Part shown: positions 54,611 to 64,000 of the stretch, piece after piece
Position numbering within the stretch: the stretch's first letter is position 1
Layout: each line of letters begins with the position of its first letter
Assembly: GCA_951406725.2 (NCBI GenBank)
Contig: OX597827.1
Location: forward strand, 50,468,001 to 50,532,000
DNA length: 64,000 nt
Reading direction: 5' to 3'
Origin: Octopus vulgaris
Lineage: Eukaryota
Position numbers and translations under genes: made by a program
Notes under the pieces: generated by a model
What the model was told of the DNA's origin: nothing
Databases searched by the model: none
The model's input: the letters and a program-made list of their open reading frames with translations, nothing else

Positions 54611-54825
54611 AGGCGGTGAGCTGGCAGAATCGCTTGAATACTAAGACAAATGTTTGCCAGCATTTCGTCTTTTACGTTCTGAGTTTAAATGCCACCGAGT
54701 TCGATTTTGCCTTTCATCTTTTCGGGGTCGTTAAAATAAATAGCAGTTGAACACTGGGATCGATGTAATCGACTATTTCATTACTCCGAAATTGCTGGCC
54801 TTGTGCCAATATTTGAAATAAATAG
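54611..54825 (+). mobile_element. SINE family B, full length, ordinary tail
   Basis: AGGCGGTGAGCTGGCAGAATCG...GCTGGCCTTGTGCCAATATTTGAAAT. Confidence 0.85.
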
Positions 54826-55770
54826 TATTCGCGTAATTTTCGAAAGTCGTGCTCAATAAAATTTTAATATTTTGCCCAACTTTAAAAATTCCACCAACCC
54901 AGTGCCCTTCATTGATAGGATAAAGACAGAGTTCAACTCGACGGGATTTGAACTCAGAACGTTTTAACCTATCTTCTAACCCCTTTGCCGATTCGCTCAA
55001 TTCAGTTGATATGTTGTAGAAAATACGATGATTCCTTCTATGTTATAGGTATTTATCTCTGCATGATATATTAAATATCATGCATAATGTTTACAGAAAA
55101 TCATTAAATAGAAAAAGCGAAACGAAGCAGATGCACAAGAATATCGATATGTACTCTTTATATAGAGGACACAAGATGAAAGCAGATTAAAATTTTATAA
55201 AAGACTATTATACCGTATGCACCATAATTTAGAAACGCACGTCAAGTAGAAGTCTGTGTTAATAGGAATTGAAAGGTGTTTGAATTGAAATGTGTCAGAT
55301 ACTTCATACGAAGAAAATGACTATCTAAACTGACTGGGAGAACAATTCACCTTTCTGTATCACCCCAGATAATCATGAAATTTCGTACTGCTTGAACTAA
55401 GAGGAGATTTTCTTTTCATTTGCTGCATACGGAAAGGAGATAATGTACTGAAATGGTTTGTCCAAATTGCTACCAACATGAAATCAATTTACTTATTGCC
55501 ACACAAGCAGACAGTCATCGGTTACAGAACAACAGAAGTTGATAAGTAGCAAGAAAACAAATATTGTATAGATGTTATTACTTTGGCAAATCATGTATTT
55601 AACATGTCACTGAGAGGGTTATTTGATGAACTGTATGGTAATCGCGCATGTAGATGTCTAATTGCTCTACAGAATAGACAGTTCTACAAAACGAAATTGA
55701 TGAATTACCTGAATGCTCGAGAAACGCATTTATAAATGCTACACTTTCTTAGTCGATATTTGGTTACGTA

Positions 55771-56291
55771 AAGGCGGCAAGCTAGCAGAAACATTTGCAC
55801 GCCGGGCGAAATGCCTAGCAGTATTTCGTCTGCCGTCACATTCTGAGTTCAAATTCCACCGAGGTCGACTTTGCCTTTCATCCTTTCGGAGTCGATATAA
55901 ACGACTTAATCCGTCTGTCTGTCCTTGTTTGTCCCTTCGGTGTTTAGCCCCTTGTGGGTAGTAAAGAAATAGGTATTTGGTCTGCTGCTACGTTCTGAGT
56001 ACAAATTCTGCCGAGGTCGACTTTGCCTTCATCCTTTCGAGGTCGATTAAATAAATACCAGTTACGTACTGGGGTCCTTATAATCGACTTAATCCGTTTT
56101 TGTCTGTCCTTGTGTTTAGCCCCTTGTGGGTAGTAAAGAAATAGGTATTTCGTCTGCCGCTACGTTCTGAGTTCAAATTCCGTCGAAGTCACTTTTGCCG
56201 TTCATCCTATCGAGGTCGATAAATTAAGTACCAGTTACGTACTGGAGTCGATCTAATCTAAATTTCGGGCCTTTTGCCTAGAGTAGAAAAG
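55771..56291 (+). mobile_element. SINE family B trimer (same architecture as 27340-27912)
   Basis: Exact 16-bp TSD GATATTTGGTTACGTA (55755-55770 / 56292-56307); junctions AAAGAAATA|GGTATTT at 55971/55972 and 56143/56144. Confidence 0.92.
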
Positions 56292-56619
56292 GATATTTGG
56301 TTACGTATATTTCTGGTATTTGTCTTGCATTAAAATATTTTAATATTTATTCCCCATTATGTTGACATATTGATAAGCCGGGAATCTATCATAACCACTT
56401 CATCTATCAGTCACTCACACACAGATGTACATACATATATATGTATAATACGCACACATACATACACACACTCTGTCTCACACACTTTACTGTAACCTCG
56501 AGATTTCTGTCTATACAATTAATTAATTTCTCTCGCCTTCTTTATATGTGTGCGTGCGTGTGCGTGTATAAGGGTGCTTGTATGTGTCCTTATGTGTGTG
56601 TGTGTGCTTGTATGTGATA

Positions 56620-56681
<62 letters not shown>

Positions 56682-57382
56682 CAAAATTGGACAAGAACGC
56701 AAAACATCCGGACAGTTAGGTGATACAAAAATGGGACAACCAAACATCCAGAGAGACGATACAAAGAAAACAAGGACGGGTCATTCGAAGTTTTCTTTCC
56801 TCGGTCAAGTACCAGATTATCTTCGCAATTTCGGCTGATTATACTTGAGATTGCTCCAATCTGGCCAGCCCCAAGGAAAAACTAAGCTAAGAGCATTAGA
56901 TTCCTTGGAAGAAAGCAGTGAATGTATACAAAAACAAGGACGTAAAAAAACGGACCATGTTATATATATAAGAATTTGGAGAGTCGTTAGAGAGGTTGAA
57001 GTATTTGACGTGTGCTCTCAAGTTTAAATCCCTACGATTACAACTCTGCCTTTATTCTTGGGTGTATCAGTCGATATTGCATTTCTCTCTCTCTTTATTC
57101 TCCTCTCTCTTTCTTTCTCTCTCTCTCTCTCTCTCTCTCTGAAAGAAATTAGTGGTTATGGTTAGATTTGGTGATGAATGAGATTCGCCATATTTAATTG
57201 GTCAATGCACACTGTATTGTTACGACCATAACTAACTTAACGCAGGTGTTATGGTTCATTAATATCATTAATATCATTTAATTATAAAGTGGAGAGCCCA
57301 CAGCATCTAGGTTCGTGACCATATATGCAATATTGTATAATTATATACAAAGGCAAAAAGTGATGCTGTATATTATAACCTA

Positions 57383-57595
57383 TTTACTCTTTACTCTTTT
57401 ACTTGTTTCAGTCATTTGACTGTGGCCATGCTGGAGTACCGCCTTTAAACCTCATTCTCTGTAAGCCTAGTACTTATTCTATCGGTCTCTTTTGCCGAAC
57501 TGCTAAGTTACGGGGACGTAAACACACCAGCATCGGTTGTCAAGCGATGTTGGAGTAACAAACACAGACACACAAACACACACACACACACACAC

Positions 57596-57633
<38 letters not shown>

Positions 57634-57800
57634 TACGACGGGCTTCTTTCAGTTTCCGTCTACCAAATCCACCCACAAGGCTTTATTCGGCCCGAGGCTA
57701 TAGTAGAAGACACTTGTCCAAGATGCCACGCAGTGGGACTGAACCCAGAACCATGTGATTGGTAAGCAAGCTACTTACCACACAGCCACTCCTACGCCTA
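57383..57800 (-). mobile_element. SINE family C, uninterrupted
   Basis: AGGCGTAGGAGTGGCTGTGTGGTAAGTAGCTTGCTTACC head through (GTAAAAGA)n tail, with internal (TA)/(TG) microsatellite. Confidence 0.92.
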
Positions 57801-59861
57801 TATTTGTGTAAGTTTTGTGCTAATTCCTTCATTCTTGAATACATTATTATGTTTCTAATAAAACTTTAGTACAGAGTAAATCCATAGATTTTGACCACAA
57901 CCCCACTGCGTTTATAAATTAATTAGATTTATTGCAAACATTCTATAATTGTAACGTCCGTCGCGTTTATACAATCTTACTGTGGACAGGAAGAGTGGGA
58001 TCGTCTGGACCCCAGCCTAAAACGTCATTACATTCTTGTAACAATTCATTACCATACTCGTAGCTGACCACTGTGAAAGTGTCTTTAAAGCCACTATTAT
58101 TAAGCATATAGCTGAATCGGCTAGACGGATATGAATATTTGACGTAGTTGCTGTTAGTAAATAAATTACTGGTGCGTCAGTGGCGTATATTTTTATTACT
58201 AAAATTAACTATTGGATAACTCCATAACTTTTAGCCGTCACAGTATTTATAAATTTAGTAAATTTCTGTGTAAACATGACTGGTGTTAACCGTTGTCTTG
58301 TGCCTGTAATAATGATATACTACGTACGAATATATGGATATGTATTTCCTGAAAAATATTTATAGTCGCAGATTTCTATATAGCCAGTCGAAATAGAAAT
58401 GAACCAGCTTACAATAAATATATAGTAAAAAGAAAATATATTCGTATACATCTCTGGCTCTGTTGTCTAATCTTATTCCACAACTTCAAATTTGTTCCAC
58501 ATACTTTCCATTCACTTTCTGTGTGCTAAAAGTGATTTTGTTTGCTTGAATTGAGTAAGAAAATTCATTGTGAAAGTCCAGTTTAGATTAACACGAAAAT
58601 ATCTATATTTTCCTCGCGTATCATTTTAAATTTTCTTCCTGAAAACACTATTTTACTTCATATGTATTTGAGTCTAGTTTTAGGAACAAAATAACGACTT
58701 CACATATTTTGGTCCAAACTTTCACCGTTTAAACTTGCTGTTCAGACAGTTCATAACAAGATATTTTCAAGAAACTAAGATGATATTGTCAATATTTATT
58801 CTTAATTCTGTATTTCTATTGTGAAGTGATAGAATTTGTATGATAGATTAACTGAAAAACCATCAACAGAACTATTCTGAGTATTTATAAATGTGTATTT
58901 GAAAGATTAATATTGAAAATAGAAGGAGGAATCTTGGTATTTTGGTATGAGATGAAATATCGGAGTGGCTATGCGTTAACAAAAGCAAAAAGCGATTTAG
59001 ACATTGTATCAGCTATTTAAATTACAAAACTAATAAATAGAAACATTCGTCATTTCAAATGATTACAAGTAACTTTTGTGTTAACATTTATTGAAATAAA
59101 CCGATACTAGTTGCTGTGGCAGCAAGCACTAAATACACATTTCCAATTAATTAGTAACTAAAAAGGAAAATTCAGCTGGTGCATCTGTACGTCTTTTGAT
59201 ATTCACAAAACACCAATTATATAGCTACTCTATCTAATATAATGGAATCTAAGTGGAGGCAGAAGTCACTAAAAGCAAAATACAAGTAGCAGCGGTGGTA
59301 ATTGAAGTTTGAAAATGAAATCATTTTAAAATAAAGGAAATGTAAATTTTCTCAGATTTATATGCGTTTCTTTCATTTATATATGGATAACAATATGAAT
59401 ACGTTGATACAAGTAGGGTGTATATGGATAGAGAGAGAGAGAGAGAGATTAAGATATGGAATGAGATGAGACTGAATAGAATGCGCTTGGTTATACTCTT
59501 ATATTAATATTACGTCGGTATTTAGTTTCCTTACATTACATTCTGATTTCGAATCACGTCTGTGTCTGCATTGTCTTTTACGTTTCTAGATTCAATAAAA
59601 CAGTTCCACTTGATGAGTATTGCTGACATTATCGACAATACCCATTTAGTAAAACTGATGGCTTTGTGATTACGACAGAAATCAATATAAATAACAAGCG
59701 AAGGTACAAATGTATATAGAAATGTTACAACTTTTGACAAAATGGATTTATGTGAGATAATTGGAATAGCTTCGTCGACGTTCTAACCTGAAAAAGGATT
59801 GAATGCATTCGTTTCTGTGACTTCATGTATGTATATAAATACACACACATAAATATATGTT

Positions 59862-60218
59862 TATATATATTATATATTTAAAATGACATATATAAATGTA
59901 CATACATAAAAATATATGTATATACATATTATATATTTAAAATGACATATATAAATGTACACACATAAAAATATATGTATATATATATATTATATATTTA
60001 AAATGACATATATAAATGTACATACATAAAAATATATATATATACATATTATATATTTAAAATGACATATATAAATGTACATACATAAAATATATGTATA
60101 TACATATTATATATTTAAAATGGCATATATAAATGTACATACATAAGAATATATATACATATTATATATTTAAAATGACATATATAAATGTACATACATA
60201 AAAATATATGTATATACA
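59862..60218. repeat. ~58-bp minisatellite, about 6 copies
   Basis: Unit ATATTATATATTTAAAATGACATATATAAATGTACATACATAAAAATATATGTATATAC repeated with few changes. Confidence 0.95.
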
Positions 60219-60224
60219 CATACA

Positions 60225-60416
60225 GGCTAAAAAAGCTCCTTCCTGAGTTATATAAACTCGTAGATCAGGATTCTCTGATGTATACAGCCCGCCCTCACCA
60301 CCCCACCGAGTGGAATGGAGCAACGTTAAATGAAGTCTTTTCTCTGGTCCAGGAATCGAAACTATAATTTTACAAACAGGAGTTCAATCCCTAAACTATT
60401 AAGCCACGCGCCTCCA
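60225..60416 (-). mobile_element. diverged tRNA-derived SINE (head related to family A)
   Basis: GTGGAGGCGCGTGGCTTAATAGTTTAGG...GTTTCGATTCCTGGACC on the minus strand. Confidence 0.55.
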
Positions 60417-60420
60417 CTAC

Positions 60421-60468
<48 letters not shown>

Positions 60469-61537
60469 ATATAGTTGAAATTTACAGAAAAACAAAAGAG
60501 GAAGACAGGGGTATGAACATCAAGCAGGTGTATTAGTTTGACGCTCAGGAAAAAGTGAGAAAGTCTTTTACGTTTCGAGCCTATGCTCTTCAATAACTGA
60601 AAGGAATAAAGGAAAATAAAGAGAGAGAATAAAAAAAACTTGTGGATTTAGCGGTCAAGCTGTGCGACTGCTTGTAAAAAAAGGTTTGATAAGAGAGGTA
60701 GAAAGAAGGGGAGATAATAAAGTATTGGTGATCCCAAAATGAAGGTGCACGTGCGTATGGGAGAATGTGTAAATGTGTGTCTGTGGATAGTGGCTAGTGA
60801 CTTTGAGATGTGTGGATGTGTGCGTGTGAAAGTGTGTGCGTGTGAAAGTGTGTGCGTCTGTAATTACTCTTTTACTTGTTTCAGCCATCCGGCTGGGGCC
60901 ATGCTGGGGCACCGCCCTTAGATGTAATGTGTGGGTATGTGGATGAATGTTTGTGTTTGTGCGCGGATGATGGTGTGGCATGGTGTGGCATGGTGTGGGG
61001 ATGTGGACAGTGTGGGTGGGGGGTGCGGGAGTGAGGGAGTGGTAGGGAGTATCAATGAAAAGTGAAGAGGAGGAGTGTTGAGCCAATGTGGCGCAAAGAA
61101 GCGAATATATATATATGTATGTACGTATGTATGTATGTATGTGTATATATATATATGTGTGTGTGTGTGTAAATATACATACATACATACGTAAAGGTAT
61201 GTACCGTCATAGAGGTTAGCTGCCGTGCACATATCAATATCTCTTGATATCTATGGACAACTGCTTCGAACCTCTAGCTTCTATCTCCATACTATGAATT
61301 CATATTCATACCAATAATAATTGGAGCATTAGGTTTTGTTAGTAAATGCTTAAACGATAAACTGAGATTTTTAGAAAGAGAAATCTACCGGCTAATTCGT
61401 ACATTACAAGTGCAATCTGTGAGTGGAACAGTAAAACTATGCAAGTCTTTTCTCAAGTTCAAAATGTGAATTTTTCTGTTAACTACCTAAAAAATGGAGC
61501 CTTGTGTCATTGTTGGAAATAGAAGAGACATGCATAC

Positions 61538-61568
<31 letters not shown>

Positions 61569-61580
61569 CATGCATACATG

Positions 61581-61728
61581 TAACCGAAAGGTAGAACTAT
61601 AGACGTAACTAAAGTGACTAAGGATGCTAGTTGGCTGCGAGTTGTTGTAACTCTTATTTCTAACAACGCTGGTACCAACTAGTACCCTTAGTCATTTTAG
61701 CGATGTCTATAGTTCTGCTTTTCGGTTG
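61581..61728. mobile_element. ~150-bp palindromic (foldback) MITE
   Basis: AACCGAAAGGTAGAACTATAGAC...CTAGTTGG pairs with CCAACTAG...GTCTATAGTTCTGCTTTTCGGTT (~54-bp arms). Confidence 0.8.
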
Positions 61729-61771
61729 TAAATAGTAAATAAGCCACCTCTATTATTTAGTTATATATATA

Positions 61772-62165
61772 TAGGCGCAGGAGTGGCTGTGTGGCAAGTA
61801 GCTTGCTTACCAACCACATGGTTCCGGGTTCAGTCCCACTGCGTGGCATCTTGGGCAAGTGTCTTCTGCTATAGCCCCGGGCCGACCAATGCCTTGTCAG
61901 TGGATTTGGTAGACGAAAACTGAAAGAAGCCCGTCGTATATATGTATATATATGTATGTGTGTGTCTGTGTTTATCCCCCTAGCATTGCTTGACAACTGA
62001 TGCTGGTGTGTTTACGTCCCCGTCACTTAGCGGTTCGGCAAAAAGAGAACGATAGAATAAGTACTGGGCTTACAAAGAATAAGTCCCGGGGTCGATTTGC
62101 TCGACTAAAGGGGGGTGCTCCAGCTTTGCCACAGTCAAATGACTGAAAAGAAGTAAAAGAATAAA

Positions 62166-62168
<3 letters not shown>
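61772..62168 (+). mobile_element. SINE family C, full-length uninterrupted reference copy
   Basis: A box TGGCTGTGTGG, B box GGTTCAGTCC, CORE-like TTGGGCAAGTG, internal microsatellite, A-rich tail, (TA)n flanks. Confidence 0.93.
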
Positions 62169-62220
<52 letters not shown>

Positions 62221-62249
62221 ATATTATATATATATATAAAAGATTAAGA

Positions 62250-62318
<69 letters not shown>

Positions 62319-62341
62319 ATATATATTATATATATAAAGTA

Positions 62342-62416
<75 letters not shown>

Positions 62417-63516
62417 TATACATATGTATATACACGTATATATATGTATATATTTCTACGCGTTTATGCGTGTGAACGTATGTGTACATACATATACATA
62501 TGTGTACATACATAAGGAGAGAGAGAGAGAGACCGAGAGAGATGTAAAATTCGATTCGATTGACAGCTCGTCCTTTTCTTGTCATTGTGAACTTCTGTTA
62601 TATTGTTATTTCTTGTAATCCAATCTATACCTTTGTTATTTTGTTTTTCCTATGTTGCATCAGTTACACAGCAACTATATACCAATGATTTGCTCTAGTG
62701 ATTGCCTGCATTATAATTGAGATATTACTAATGTTTTGTCAAATATAGTGCTTCAATCATACAGAAAGATGGATTTATCGAGATTTAATGTTTATGCACA
62801 CACGAAGTTGAAAAAAAAAGGCTAAAGTTTTTTTTTATTTGTCATATCACATGTATTTACGTTAGAATGTTGTAGAGACTTGTCTGCCAAAGCTTACTGC
62901 CACAGTAATCAATATCAAATTATCAATGAATTTTCTCTGCGTTCGTCTCTTAACCGATTAATCTACTCGTTAGCATTTCTCCGATATAATGCGTAACAGA
63001 ACATTGTTCTCAGCACTCGTCTTTGGAAGAGACCAAAGAAGAGTAACAATAAATATTGTTACAATAAAATAAAAGAATAACGTGTAAAAAGCCTAAATGG
63101 AAATTTGCTTTAGTAAATTTAACGAATGTGAAAAAATTGCTTCGTTTAAATGATAATTATTACGTTACGGAAGACGGAAAGCTGTAAAATACTTAGAAAT
63201 TACATTTCTTGCAGTGTTTTACTTTAGTTATTTACTTATACTAAACATAAGATGTTCTCTATCTTTTGTGTCCCGTACATTTATGTTTTTTGCTGGCTTT
63301 ACAGTATACGTAGATCTAAGATAGAAACATATTTGTGGCATTGTTAATAGTAAAATCTGCTGGCGATGATAAAAACAGTACATTTCATACACAAACATGC
63401 ATATATGCATACATACACACATGAACACAATCGCACAAACTCCCACGCACTTGCATACACATGAACGCACTCCCACACACTCGCACGTAAGCACATACAA
63501 TTACACTCATACAAAA

Positions 63517-63591
<75 letters not shown>

Positions 63592-63593
<2 letters not shown>

Positions 63594-63700
63594 GTTCTAT
63601 CCTCTTCGTAGTAGCCCAAGTATCACTTGCGTATAAGAGCGCAGGTAGCACGGTGCCTGGCACTATGGCATTGTCTAGCTTTATTCGGGGCACATCCTTT
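63592..63700 (-). mobile_element. short RTE-like LINE RT fragment
   Basis: TVLPALLYASDTWATTKRIE resembles the post-RT LP.LLYGSETW motif. Confidence 0.55.
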
Positions 63701-64000
63701 ATTGAATTAAATACTTTCCATTCTGATCATATTCTCTATGAGATAGGACATCGATTAGCTACGACACAAAGGGCCATGAAAAACTTCATGCTAGGAATAT
63801 CTTTAAAAGAGCACATTCGAAATTAAATATTTCAATAAAGGAACGGAGTGAACATTACGTTCGCAGAGTGCCGAAAGCACGTGTTTCGCTGTGCTAGAAA
63901 TGTGTCATGGTTCACAGATAATAGGTGGACCGTGCAGTTATCGAATGGTATCCAAGAGATCGGAAAAGGCCACGTGGACGGCCTCAACATCGATAGGAAG

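Noticed and set aside
59862-60218. Regular repeat array resembling CRISPR
   Set aside because: Units are contiguous with no unique spacers, the context is eukaryotic, and there are no cas genes; it is a minisatellite.

Overview
AT-rich, microsatellite-saturated eukaryotic DNA whose SINE and microsatellite content resembles a cephalopod (Octopus-like) genome; the taxon is inferred from recalled repeat motifs, not from a search. There is one convincing host coding feature, a ~5-kb intronless low-complexity ORF (15157-20165) ending at a phase-2 splice donor. The rest is intron or intergenic DNA full of mobile elements: at least three tRNA-derived SINE families (named A, B, C here), an R4/Dong-type LINE inside (TAA)n, Penelope-like remnants with minimal hammerhead ribozymes, and Chapaev3, mariner/Tc1, Merlin and pogo-type DNA transposon fossils. 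There is also a TIR element carrying TTAGGG repeats with variable-length target duplications. The main novel signal is an apparent SINE-targeting Tx1-clade retrotransposon system. An RT-bearing element and an ORF1-only partner with the same 3' terminus sit at the same site of two different SINE-C copies. A second Tx1-type tail, carried by SINE-B, is joined repeatedly to one fixed position in other SINE-B copies. All these tails share a covarying 4-bp stem/5-nt loop. Most ORFs in the supplied track are microsatellite or antisense artefacts.
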